Positions 1 to 12,309 of a stretch of 64,000 nt of DNA are shown here, in pieces; within the stretch, counting starts at the first letter, position 1, and each line of letters begins with the position of its first letter. A program made the position numbers and the translations under genes. The stretch comes from Octopus vulgaris (taxonomy: Eukaryota): assembly GCA_951406725.2 (NCBI GenBank), contig OX597833.1, positions 45,322,001-45,386,000 of the forward strand, given 5' to 3'. The notes beneath the pieces are model-generated. The model was not told the origin of the DNA. It made no database searches and worked only from the letters and a program-made list of their open reading frames with translations.

Positions 1-82
1 GAATGGTAAGGTTGATGAGTTAGGCCTGGTCATTTTCACAAGGATTGAAGAATAAACTCAAACACTATTTGTCATGTTGCAG

Positions 83-169
83 GATTTACAAGACAGGAAG
101 CCTGTTGACCAGCTCTCATCAACGACTGCTCAAGAAGCCTTTTTGAAAGAACTGTCCGCACTAAGAAAG
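83..169 (+). CDS. Internal coding exon of an unidentified host gene (DLQDRKPVDQLSSTTAQEAFLKELSALRK)
   Basis: Preceded by a 77-nt intron (gtaagg at 6 ... ttgcag at 82) and followed by donor gtaaat at 170. It is 87 nt, phase 0-0 and stop-free. The D-x3-K-P-x-D start weakly resembles the end of an ankyrin repeat (inference). Confidence 0.7.
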
Positions 170-440
170 GTAAATAAAAATATTTCTCTTTGTATATTTA
201 ATTGTAGATAAACTGTATTGTCTATGTTTTCATGAAAATTAGCTTGTATATCACTTATTTGTTAAATGTAAATAAATATATAGACCTACATGGAAACAAT
301 GAATGCCCATACAGAAAAAAAACCCACCAGTGGTAAAATCCCTATTTAGAAAAGCATTTAGATTCTCCGACCACAAACGAAGCAATGAATAAAGAAATAA
401 AACAAACACTAGTCACTGACTATTATAATTAACTAAAAGA

Positions 441-704
441 AACCTTTGATATTCAAACTGACCATATCAGGCCCAAATATCCTACCTGTTTTATGTTCAA
501 ACTGGCCAGATTAGGCCTCTCACACCTACCTTGCAATGTCATTCTAAAAATATACAAACACATTACTGAAATCACAAAGCTACAAAAGCTTAGCTATGTT
601 TTATAAATTTGAAACAATGTGAATAGCTATGTATGATAAGTTCAAAAGAATGTGAATAAATAAGTATTGGATTTGACAAAGCAATCTGAATGCTAAAGAA
701 TTAA
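441..704. mobile_element. piggyBac-like MITE
   Basis: Degenerate (a)accttt...aaagaattaa termini. It is the reverse complement of the copy at about 2240-2835. Confidence 0.5.
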
Positions 705-1170
705 ACCTATTTTCTAACTTTTTTTATTACGCCATTTTTATTCTTTAATAGTCTTTGAAGATCCATATTTTGAACATCAGAGATTCACAATCCATAAAAA
801 TTTATTTTTAATTAGTATTTTTTTTTTGTTTTAAATTAAAGTTTATAAAAATAACAGCTACTCTTTTCTTCTTTGCCTAAAATATATTTTGTATTGGGTT
901 TGAAGTATATAAATATAAATAGTTTGCATTTCAAGTGTCTAAATATATTTTGTTTTGTATTTGATGCATATAAATATATTTTGTTTGCTATCATAATTAC
1001 GTTTTTGTCCTTAATAAATTCAAACAATAGGATTTTAGTTGTGAAAGTTAAACAGTACATTGCTAATGCTTTCATATATTGGACACAAAATTTTTTATTA
1101 TTTTGGAAACTAACATTGTTAAGCTATTGTAAGATACTTGTGTTTTCTGTCCAGGATTGAGATTATTGCT

Positions 1171-1432
1171 TTATATGTGTGTGTGTGTGTGTGTGTGTAT
1201 ACATATACATATATATATAATTATATAATATATATGTATATATAAATATATGTATATATATATATATGTGTATATATATATATACATGTATACATGTATA
1301 TATATATACATATATATATATATACATGTGTATATATATGTATATATATATGTGTGTGTGTATATATATATATATTTACATGTATATATATATGTACATG
1401 TATATGTGTATATATATGTGTGTGTGTGTGTG

Positions 1433-1497
<65 letters not shown>
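1171..1497. repeat. Compound (TG)n/(TA)n microsatellite, representative of dozens (e.g. 21532-21878, 26585-26726, 58877-59040, 60280-60420, 63137-63262)
   Basis: Directly visible; the source of the YI/TH/VC pseudo-ORFs. Confidence 0.98.
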
Positions 1498-1499
<2 letters not shown>

Positions 1500-2239
1500 T
1501 TACATAAATAATTTAACATTAAATTAACGCATTACTCAGTACTCCTTGTAGAGTACATATTCATTACTCTTTTATAAGAAAAGTGTTGACAGTGACTTTG
1601 AAGTGTGTGTGTGTTAGTGTGTATGTGTGTGTGTGTGTATATATATATGTATTTATTGTTCTAAAATGACAATTTAGACTTGTGGTGGGGAACAGATTTG
1701 GAATATCCAATGTTTGAAATGTAATAATCTGAAAGGCTTATTATTTATCTTCCTTCATAAATCATTATGCATCAAATAAGCAAATAAATAAATGAATAAA
1801 TAAATAAAATTCAGAGATGGGTCACGTTTAAAAAGTTCCGCACTCAATTGATATAAGGGCTGTAATCTGGCACTAGGAAAACTATAAATTCATGGCGTGA
1901 TATAAAATAAAATGGTGTGGAATTACTGAAACATTATACAACCCCAGTGTGGCTTTGCTACACAGTCAGTTCAAAATTATTCTTCGTCTAAGTATGGTTG
2001 GTGGTTATCATACTTAATGTATTCATGATAGTATATAATTAAATCTTCGGGGCGGAGTTCTTATTAAACTAATTAAAAACATACTTGAATATTAACCTCA
2101 TTTTTTTTTTTTTTTGTATAACAGTGCTCTACTATAGTTCAGTTAATACTGAAGTAATTGCTAACACATTTAATGTAGCGAGTGCGATTATTTTAATTAA
2201 TTGAGGAGAGATAAACGTTAAACGTTACCGAACAATGCT

Positions 2240-2835
2240 TAAACCTTTAGAATTCAGGTTATTCTGCCAAATGTCATCATCATGGCTCAGCTTCGCGAAC
2301 GAAGATCAGGAAGGCTGTCCACATCGCGTGCATGTAGGCTCATGACTGACAAGTCCGATATGGGAAAGGCAGGTCTGTGAGCAGTGTCCACAGACGAAGG
2401 CAACATCCAGTGCGGTGTCAGAGGCGGCTCGTGCCTTCATCCTGCGTCTCTTGTCTTTAAGTGCATCTCTTCTTTGGTCCTCAAACTTGCTGACTGCGTT
2501 GAAGATCGTGTGGTGCCAGACATCACGGTCCGCAGCCAGGTCTGACCAGCATTGGTGGTTAATTTGACATGCTGTTAGAGACTTCTTGAGGCAGTCTTTG
2601 TAGCACTTTCTCAGAGCTCCTCTCACTCGGTGGCTGGTGGAGAGTTCTCCAAACAGGGCAATCTTTATTTATATTATTTTGAATTAATCATGCATTATCT
2701 AGTAACTTTGAGATTCTGGTGATGTGGTTGTTTATTTTTTAGAATGACATTGTAGGATAGGTATGAGAGGTTGGATCTGGCTGTTTTGAACATAAAAGAA
2801 GTTGAATATTTTAGCTGGATATGGCCAGTTTAAAC
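2240..2835. mobile_element. Second copy of the piggyBac-like MITE, interrupted by an RTE fragment
   Basis: Starts ttaaacctttag. The body matches 441-704 in reverse on either side of the LINE insert. Confidence 0.5.
2272..2665 (-). mobile_element. RTE/BovB-type LINE 3' end
   Basis: LFGEL..RGALRKCYKDCLKKSL..WSDLAADRDVW..CGHCSQTCLSHIGLVSH is the RTE C-terminus with its zinc finger, followed by a short 3' UTR and (TGA)n tail. Confidence 0.85.
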
Positions 2836-2924
2836 CTTTTGTTACCTTATTTATTTTGACATGCTCTGTGTTTCTTTCAATTAACTTTAAATATAAGAAA
2901 GAATTTAGGGAAATAAATTAGTTA

Positions 2925-3008
2925 TGCTCACGGGCATATAGCATAGTGGTTAAGAGCGCAGGCTACTAACCTCAAGATTCCGAGTTTGATTCCAAGCAGT
3001 GACCTGAA
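2925..3008 (+). mobile_element. Short tRNA-derived SINE head followed by (AAT)n
   Basis: A box tagcatagtggtt and B box gagtttgattcc. A second copy of the head lies at about 29442-29502. Confidence 0.6.
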
Positions 3009-3031
3009 TAATAATAATAATAATAATGATA

Positions 3032-3105
<74 letters not shown>

Positions 3106-3107
<2 letters not shown>

Positions 3108-3612
3108 ATGCCCTGATGCAGTACCAGGCAGTGGCTCTCATGGCTTCTGATCTTAACTGATTGGAAGTGTTATCATGTACATTGTTTTGTCTTGGTATAA
3201 AAATGGGTTACAGCAAATATTCTGCTCAATACCACAGATTTGCTTGTCAGTTGTTTGACCTTAACCAGTTGAGCATGTCCCTTAGTGGCTGACGATATGT
3301 GCATCTCTGATCATGAGCAGAAGTAGTGGGGGAGCATCATAGCCGTGTGTTGAGAAGGATTCTTTGGGGTTTGAATAATTCACCTCTGGAAACATGGCTG
3401 TTTCGTTCAACATCCTTAAACAACCCTTATTCAAGGAACTTTTGAGCAGGATGGGCTACTCGACCAGAAGAAAATTCTAACTGGGCCCCACCTGCAAGGT
3501 CATGTGCTGTTTATCTTGACATTAGATCACTATGTCACGCACATATGGTTGTGATGCATGTGCCTGGTGTACCCTTATCAGACATGTAGTCAAGATGGGT
3601 ATATTGTGCTGA
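3106..3612 (+). mobile_element. Non-coding (AAT)n-associated interspersed repeat
   Basis: Near-identical reverse-complement copy at 41331-41793, which has AAT/TAT tracts on both sides. Confidence 0.75.
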
Positions 3613-3749
3613 ATTTCAGTTAAAATAAAGAAAGAGTTTTACCCACCATTTCTAGTGTAGTTTTATGTAAACAATAATAACACTGGATGGTTGAAAAAAG
3701 GGAAGGATCCTTTAAAAAAATCCTCAAATTTAAATTCTCATGTATTTAT

Positions 3750-4160
3750 AGGTGAAAGAGTGGCTGTGTGGTAGGTAGCTTGCTTACCAACCACATGGTT
3801 CCAGGTTCTCATCCCACTGTGTGGCACCTTGGGCAAGTGTCTTCTACTATAGCCTTGAGCCGACCAAAGCCTTGTGAGTGGATTTGGTTGGCAGAAACTG
3901 AAAGAAGCCTGACGTATATATATAAATATATGTGTGTATGTGTGTATGTTTGTGTGTCTGTGTTTGTTCCCCCACCATTGCTTGACAACCGATGTTGGTA
4001 TGTTTACATCCCTGTAACTTAGCGATTTAGCAAAAGAGACCGATAGTATAAGTACTAGGCTTACAAAGAATAAGTCCTGGGGCCGATTTGTTTGACTAAA
4101 GGTGGTGCTCAAGCATGACTGCAGACTATTGACTGAAACAAATAAAAGAATAAAAGAATA
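3750..4160 (+). mobile_element. SINE family A (tRNA head, ccttgggcaagt core, internal TA/TG microsatellite, aaaaga tail)
   Basis: A/B boxes tggctgtgtggtaag and ggttcagtccc. At least 12 related copies occur in the window. Confidence 0.85.
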
Positions 4161-4220
4161 TAAGAATTATGTAAAAAATAAACCGAAATCTTAAGTTGAT
4201 TTTTCTATGTTCTCTTTCAG

Positions 4221-4298
4221 AAACTGAAGCAAATGGAATTAGAATCAAGTACAGTACTTTTGAAAACAACTTACCAATCTAGTCTGAATAATCGCTAA
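4221..4298 (+). CDS. Terminal coding exon of the same gene (KLKQMELESSTVLLKTTYQSSLNNR*)
   Basis: Strong acceptor ttttctatgttctctttcag. In phase 0 it continues the helical peptide of exon 83-169 and ends at TAA 4296-4298. Confidence 0.6.
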   Translation, partial: KLKQMELESSTVLLKTTYQSSLNNR

Positions 4299-4329
4299 AT
4301 AATTACTTTGTTCTAGAAACATAATGTTC

Positions 4330-5548
4330 CAAGCATTATCACTTAGTCTTGTACATGTAAACACTACAAATGTTGTCATAGCTCTACATTTGTCGTTGCA
4401 GTCTTACATTTGTCAATACTAATGATGTCATCATTGCCTTACATCTGCCAGCACTATTGACATTAATTATGTTGACGGCAAGCGTTAACAGATCTAAGGC
4501 TTTGATGACAGTATCATCAAAGTCTTACATATGTCAATACTATTGACGTCAACATAAAACTCACACCTGTCTACACTTGATATCATCCTAGTCTTACACC
4601 TGTCACTACACTCATCCAGTGTCAACAAGGGGCCTCTATTTGGTCATTTGACTTGCTGAAGATGGCAGCCAAATATCCTTTAGATCACATCCCAGTGCCT
4701 TTAAAAAGTAGATACACATTGGATAATGTACTCCTAGGTATATTTCTAACAAAAAAAAGATAGGATAGTCTAGGCTGGAAGGTAATCTGGAGTGACCTGG
4801 GGTTAAACAGTAACGAGTATTATTGCAGCCTTGCATCAATTAAACACTATAAATGTTATCATAACTTTATATGTCACTATTACAGATGTCATCAAAGCCT
4901 TACACATGTCTAACAGTTTTACATCACTGAGATTATAATAGCTTTACATCTGTTAATACTTTAGATGTTATAGTCTTCCATTTGTCAAGGCTACAAATGT
5001 CATCATCGCCTTGCATCTATTCATATTACAGATGTCATCATTGCCTTGCATCAGTTTGTTAACATTACAGATGTAATCATAGATTCACATTTGTCATTAC
5101 TACAGAGGTCATCATTGCTTTGCATCTGTTAACTCTACAGATGTCATTGTACTCTCACATCTGTTAATACTACAGATGCCATCATTGCCCTGCATCTGTT
5201 TGTTAACATTACAGATGTCATCATAGATTCACATTTGTCATTACTACAGATGTCATCATTGCTTTGTATCTGTTAACTCTACAGATGTCAATGTAGTCTT
5301 ACATCTGTTAATACTACAGATGCCATCATTGCCCTGCATCTGTTGGCTAACATTACAGATGTCATCATAGATTCACATTTGTCATTACTACAGATGTCAT
5401 CATAGCCTTGAATTTGTTAACATTACAGATGTTACTGTAGTCTTACATCTGTTAATACTACAGATGTCATCATTGCCCTTCATCTGTTAACATTACAGAT
5501 GTCATCATAGACTCACATTTGTCAATACTACAGATGTCATCATAGCTT
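4330..5548. repeat. 35-bp minisatellite with internal inverted repeat and 144-bp higher-order unit
   Basis: Consensus about TACAGATGTCATCATAGxCTTxCATCTGTTAATAC. Units start at 5101, 5136, 5171, 5210 and 5245 (35+35+39+35). An unrelated insert lies at about 4615-4830. Confidence 0.9.
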
Positions 5549-5569
5549 TATCATAGCTTACTGTAGTTT

Positions 5570-5803
5570 TTTTTATTTCTTTATTGCCCACAGCGGGGTA
5601 AACATAGAGGGAAAAACAAGGACAGACAAAGGGATTAAGTTGATTACATCGACCCTAGTGCATAACTGGTGCTTATTTAATCGACCCCAAAAGGATGAAA
5701 GGCAAAGTCAACATTGGTGGAATTTGAACTCAGAGAATAACAGCAATCAAAATATGGCTAAGCATTTCGTCTGGCATGCTAACGATTCTACCAGCTCACT
5801 GCT
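5570..5803 (-). mobile_element. SINE family B (tRNA-derived, Nin-like domain)
   Basis: Contains the ttcatcctttcggggtcgat..aagtacc domain and B box gagttcaaattcc. Further copies or fragments lie at about 5980-6195, 7055-7255, 10620-11275, 14285-14495, 18830-19230, 27630-27770 and 29110-29260. Confidence 0.8.
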
Positions 5804-8443
5804 TTTCATAGCTTACTGTATTAAGTTTCAGTGACACTCACCCTTGATAACTCTTCCCTTTCATCTCTTGTGGGGAGTCAATAAAATGAACACCATTGTC
5901 GATTTATTTGACCTGGCCATAACCCCTCTGAAACGGACTTTTTAAGTAAGAAAATTATTATTATTGTTACAACTCTTAAGGTGGCAAGCTGACAGATTAG
6001 TTAGCACATTGGACAGAATGCTGTTGGGCATTTTGTCTGTTTTCATTTTCTGAGTCCAAATTCCACCAAGGTCGGATTTTGGCTTTCATCTTTTTGGAAT
6101 CTGTAAAATAAATACCACTGGGATTAATACAATTACCTAACCCCCACTCCCCGCTTCCCCAAAATTTCAGGCCATGTGCCTATAGTAGAAGGATTATTAT
6201 TATTATTACTTATATTGATTGAGACCTTGTATTAATTAACATTATAAAACATCATTAGTATTATAAATAGTCTAACTGCAGTGGAGATGGGGTGAGTTTC
6301 TACTTCTATTTATGGTAAGTACTATATCCCTACCCCATTATTACATGTTGTGTTGGTCTAGTTTGCCACATGTGCATAGTATATTTGCATCTTTCCCTCA
6401 TATCATTATACACTGTGTTGGTTTGATTTATCACATGTATCACCCCAACCTTCATAATATGTATTATACTGACACTGTCCTCTTTCCATCAGTATGTATC
6501 CATCATCATCATCATTTAATGTCTGCCTTCCATGCTGGCATGGCTTGGATGGTTTGACAGGAGCTGACCAGGTAGAAGACTACACCTGGCTAATTGTGTC
6601 TGTTTTGGCATGGTTTTTACAACTGGATGCCCTTCCTAACACCAACGTGTAATGATGTGTGGGGGAGGTGCAAGTATACTGTGCATAATGACTGGAAGTG
6701 ATGCACATGTGGCAAACTAGACCAATGCAACATGCAATGATGGGGTAGAGATATAGTACTTATCATAAACAGAAGTGAAAACTCACCCCATCTCCATATG
6801 ATACAGCTATCGCAGTTAGATCATCATGTAGCCTTAATTGCCACTTGTGCATTAATTTGTTCTAGCCGTCATGTGTACTATACTTATATTTTTTCCTTCT
6901 CATTGTTACATATTACATATCCCTAGCAGCTTACATGTGCACTAATTCCCTTCTAGTATCATATGTATGTTATTTACACTTTTGTTTCCCCTTCTATTTT
7001 CCCCTTGCACCCCACTATCACTTTCCATAAAAATGTATGCTCCATCAGTTGTTTGGTAGCAAGCTGGGTAAAATGTTTAGTGATATTTTGTCTGTCTTTA
7101 TGTTGTGAGTTCAAATTCCACCGAATTTGACTTTACCCTTCATCCTTTTGGGGTCGATAAAATAAGTACGGACTGAGCACTTGGGGTGTTGATATATAAT
7201 TGACTTACCCCCCGTTCTGAACTTGCTGGCCCTGTGCCAAAATTTGAAACCAATATTTTAATACAGTTATTTAATACAAAAGAATCTCCTAGTAACTCTT
7301 TTATTAGGTATTGAGTACAGAATAAAAAGGACATTATTGACTAAAAAAACAAAAAAGGGAATTGCTTTAACGAGAACCTTGTGTCTGGCAACTATGGCAC
7401 CACACCCTGCCACAATTTTCCCAGGCCCCAGTGGTGGGGCATATGTCCCACGTTAGGAGTCCCTGATTTACACTTTTCTCTTCCCATTGTTACACATGTA
7501 TGTAACTTCAATAACCACATGTTTATTCATTAGATCTGATCATCATTTGTACCATACTTACATTTCCCCCTTCTCATCATTACATATTATGTAACCTCAG
7601 ACAGCCACATGTGTATTAATTACCTCTAGTCATCACATGTAGTATATACATATACATGTTCAAAAGACTGTCCAAATATTTAGGCTCACAACACACCAAC
7701 TTCATCTTGTCTTTTGATGTTTCGGTATCTGTTTCCATGATAACACTTTGCCAAATTAAGATAAATTGCATCTGTCCTAATTGTGGATGACCATCCTTTT
7801 TTTTTTGTATATCTAGGACACAATGTCCAATGTGTTCTTCCCTTTTTTTAAAAAATGGTAGAGTATGTTTAAGTGAGATTTTGCTTTGCTGCTATTTCTA
7901 GCAGATCAAGGGACTACATAGAGGCAAATCAGCTGACGGCGGCCTTTCTTTGCCCTCAGCCTGAGTCCTTCTTATACATGTGCCAAACCTACAATGATGG
8001 GGTTACTTTACTGTTCTTTCTGGAGTTTGCTGATCACAGCTCTGCTATCCTTCTCCTTTAAGATATAGATTAAACTTGATTACTGTAATCTATGCACTAC
8101 AATAATACTAGAAAGTTTGATCAGTAAAACAATGAAATAATCTTACAAAAATCTGTCAAACATTATTTAACATTTCACATAAAATTTTATCAACAAAGAA
8201 TTGAACATTTTTATGTATGTAAATATATTTTTTAAAAATTATATACTTTCAATATTGTTTTTTGTTTGTTCTTTTCTTTCTTACTCTTTGAAAATGGTTA
8301 TTTTTTTTTTTTTTTGTATTTCGTTTATTTATTTATTTATGTGAAATGTGTAAAAAAGAACATTGAAAATCTTGGGTAAGTGCCTTGGACTGACTAATGC
8401 CCTGTGAGTGGATTTGGTAGATGAAAACTGTGTGGAAGCCTGT

Positions 8444-8540
<97 letters not shown>

Positions 8541-8936
8541 ATGTAAAACCTTCAGACAAAGAGCTGGCAAAGAGATGACAAAGGACTGAGATATCTGGAG
8601 CCTTGCTGTACTCAAGAAGACCCATACTCCACAGCAGCTGTGTCAAGGCTGCTCCCCCTGGTAAAGAGGATCTGCCTGAAAGACTCCTGCACTGGTGCCA
8701 TGTAAAAAGCACTCATGCTAGTGCCATGTAATAGTGCTCATGCAGTGCCACATTAAAAGCACCCAGCACTGTAAAGTGGCTAGCCTTGGAAGGGCATCAA
8801 GCCACAGAAACCAAGCTAAACTGGAACCTGGTGCAGCTCTCCTGCTTGCCAGCTCTGGTCAAACCATCCAACCCATGCCAGCATGGAAAACGGACTTAAC
8901 GTCGATGATACACACACACACACACACACACACTCC

Positions 8937-9767
8937 TGTAGCGGCACAAACAGCCAGCGCGCCATATTGGATAAGATCTCGCGGCAGTCATTGCTATCAC
9001 CGAGACTGGAGCGGGACCTCACCTGCATCCATTTGCCATGCGTGAGATCACAACGAGGCTCGCGATGGAACGATGTAGACGGAAAACCGATTGCGTCATG
9101 TCTTTTCTCTTTGGCGCCTTTTTACACAGCAGCATTTGGCTGAACACGAACGCTGGCAGATTTTTCTATCTGTCTATCTCCAGTGGCCTTGAGCCCACTC
9201 TTTCAGAGCTTAAGATGGGGATCTTTTCGGTTTGAACGGCAGTTTTTCTAGCGGTGTCATATGAAATTGTTACCCATAATTATGACCCTAGTATCGATCT
9301 ATTGCATTTCAATCTGTTTTAGGGTTAGGGTTAGTTAGGGTTAGAGTTAGGGTTAGGGGTGGGGGAAGGGTATCTTTTTTTCTTCACAAATGTAAATAAA
9401 CCCAATCTGTTTCTTAAACGAGGGACATATGCATACGGCATAGACTGGTTTTTACATCAATAGACGTCAGTGATTGGTTGAAATTGCAGAAATTGAAGAA
9501 AAAAAAACAACAAATATCTTACAAACTATAGAATCTTCTCAATAAAGCCAAGAGTAAAAGATGTTTTATAAACACATTCTACCAGAATACGAAGTTTAAA
9601 ATTTTTTAGTTACCTAGAAATTATGTTAAAAACTGCTGTTTAAACCGAAAAGATCCTAAGATGGTAGCTAAAAGCAACACGCTTCACCTTTCCTGTAAAT
9701 AAACCAGTTGTAAATAGCATTTATTGTTGAAGTCTTTTCTCTTTGTCTTCCGAAAGCTTGAACTACA
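8937..9767 (+). mobile_element. Probable solo LTR containing a MITE insertion
   Basis: TGTAG...CTACA termini, GC-richer than flanks, AATAAA near 9698. No matching TSD was found. Confidence 0.6.
9219..9656. mobile_element. Merlin-like MITE with internal TTAGGG repeats
   Basis: About 29-bp TIR GGATCTTTTCGGTTTGAACGGCAGTTTTT and a perfect 8-bp TSD TAAGATGG (9211-9218, 9657-9664). Confidence 0.85.
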
Positions 9768-9887
9768 TAAAGAACAAGAAAAAGTGATGACGATGATATT
9801 CCTCAGGTATCATAAACCTTGTCTTCCATTCCTAAACTCCCATACATGTAGGTGTGTGTGTGTTTTTATGTCCCCATAACTTAGCAG

Positions 9888-10131
9888 GGATCTTTTCGGT
9901 TTGACCGGCAGTTTTTAAAAATAATTTCCACGTAACTAAACACTTTTAAACTTCGTATACTGGTAGAATGTGTTTATAAAACATCTTTTTCTCTTGGCTT
10001 TATTGAGAAAATTCTATAGTTTGTAAGATATTTGTTGTTTTTTTTTCTTCAATTTCTGCAATTTCAACCAATCACTGATGTCTATTGAGGTAAAAAACCA
10101 TTCTGTGCCGTATGAATATGTCCCTCGTTTA
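9888..10131. mobile_element. Truncated copy of the Merlin-like MITE in opposite orientation
   Basis: Reverse complement of about 9412-9656; only one TIR is present. Confidence 0.8.
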
Positions 10132-11882
10132 AAAGTAGATCTCCAGTACGGTCGCTGTCCAATGACAGAAACAAATAAAAGATATTTTTAAAAAACCCAT
10201 CAGATAAGTATTTAAAAATATTCTCCGTCATGCCTGAATGTTTTTTGATTGTATTACAGAATCGTTAATGCTGACTTGCACATGTTGTCAGTCTTCGCAA
10301 TAATTTTTGCCTGCTGAGTGAATTGGGGGAACGTGAAATAAAGTGACTTGTTCAAGAATGCTGCGTACCTCCTGGACGGGTCGAATCCACAACCTAATGA
10401 TCGAGAGCCAGCCCAATTGCCTAAGCATTGGGTCATGCACCTTTTCAAACAAGTTTTCAGTCTTACTGAAATGGCATCTTTGTATGAATATCAGGGATTT
10501 TAATGCTGAAATGAAAAAGAAAAGAAAGTTGAATTAAAGAAATATATAAAGATTACATGGTATATTTCACTCCACAAAACTCATGTTTGTTTCACTAGCA
10601 AAAATGTTAAATAATATTGAATTCAAATTTCGGCACAAGGCCATTAAGTTCGGGGGAGATGGTAAGTCGATTACATCGACCCTCCACCCCACTGTCCCGT
10701 CAGAACCTACTTTATCGACCCTGAAAGGATAAAAGACAAAGTCGACCTCGGCGGAATTTGAATTCTGAACATAAAGACAGACGAAATACCATTAAACATT
10801 TTGCCCATCTTGCCGCCTCAGTAATGATAATAATATTGGATAGAAATTTTGGCATAAGATCAGCAATTTCAGAAAGGGGGATAAGTCAATTGCATTGACC
10901 CCACCACTGCCCAGTTGGTACTTATTTTATCGAACCTGAAATGACCAAAGACAAAGTTGATCTCAGAATGTACCAGTTTGAACTCAGAACATACCAGTTT
11001 CAGCACTGGGGTCTATCTAATCGACTTATCCCATCTCTTGAACTTGCTGGTCTTATGTCAATATTTGAAACCAGAATCGTTACTGCGCCGAGCAAAATAT
11101 TTAGCGGAATCTTTTTTGCCTTTATGTTCTGTGTTTAAATTCCACCGAGGTCGACTTCGCCTTTCATCCTTTCGGGGTCAATAAAATAAGTACCAGTTTA
11201 GCACTGGAGTCGATGTAATCGACTTACTTCTTCCCCGGAAATTGCTGACCGTGTGTCAAAATTTGAAATCCAATATTCAGTATGATTTCTCATTGTTGTA
11301 TGGAGGTTCACAGGTACATCAAGTGACATTTAAATATTGTGATATTCAGATGCTGAAAATTTATTAGTACTGTTTTTGCTAGATTTATTTTCCTCAGTGT
11401 CAATTCTAATAGCGGTTTGTGATTTAGACATAAGGCCAGATATTTTCAGAGGAGATTAGTCAATGCCGTTGATTAGTACTTTATTTTATTGACACCGGAG
11501 ATTTGAACTCAGATCGTAACCCCAACCATCAACACCATCATCGGGAAAAATATCGCTAAACATTTTTTTCTGACACTAAGGTAATGATTCTACCTATCTA
11601 TCGTTTCAATTGAAGGCCTGCGGTTTTAAGGGGAGGAGTTAGTCGATACCATTGACTCCAGAAGTAAAGTTGACCTCGGCGGGATTTAGACTCAGAACGT
11701 ACAGAGCCGCAGCAAATACTTCAAAGCTATTTTTTTCCCGACGCTTTAACGATTCTACTAGCTCGCCCCCTTTGTCAAAGCTAATACTAAAATCAACACT
11801 GCGCGTGAGAAGTATTTGAAGACATTTGGTAATTCAATAAAACAACTGTAATCTAGCAAAACCAAATGCTTTAAAAAAAATT

Positions 11883-12280
11883 GCGTAGGAGTGGCTGTGT
11901 GGTAAGTAGTTTGCTTACCAACCACATTGCTCCGGGTTCAGTCCCACTGCATGGCACCTTGGGCCAGTGTCTTCTACTATAGCCTTGGGCCGACCAAAGC
12001 CTTGTGAGTGGATTTTGTAGACGGAAACTGAAAGAAGCCCGTCGTATATATATATGTACGTGTGTGTATATGTTTGTCCCCCCAACATCGCTTGACTACC
12101 GATGTTGGTGTGTTTACGTCCCCGTAAACTTAGCGGTTCGGCAAAAGAGTCCGGTAGAATGAGTACCAGGGTTACAAAGAATAAGTCCTTGGGTTGATTT
12201 GCTCGACTAAAGGCGATGCTCCAGCATGGCCACAGTCAAATGACTGAAACAAGTAATAGAGAGAAGAGTGTAAGAGTAGA
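11883..12280 (+). mobile_element. SINE family A, full length
   Basis: Matches the family A head, core and tail. Confidence 0.9.
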
Positions 12281-12309
12281 ATGTTCTCGATAAGCTTTTT
12301 TTTAAAAAG

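Noticed and set aside
1171-1527. Numerous 60-200 aa ORFs rich in YI, VC, TH, poly-I/L/H here and across the window
   Set aside because: They are translations of stop-free microsatellites.
2929-3005. tRNA gene with ACT anticodon (also about 29448-29502)
   Set aside because: The acceptor stem does not pair and the sequence runs into (AAT)n, so it is better explained as a SINE head.
3106-3165. HDV-like ribozyme at the 5' end of the AAT-associated element
   Set aside because: P1 and P3 pairings could not be assigned consistently by eye.
4330-5548. CRISPR- or TIGR-like guide array
   Set aside because: The units are contiguous, and their variable positions recur with a four-unit period instead of being unique spacers. 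No cas or Nop-domain gene is nearby, and the context is eukaryotic.
9319-9360. Telomere or chromosome-fusion relic
   Set aside because: The TTAGGG repeats are internal to a multicopy MITE with TSDs.
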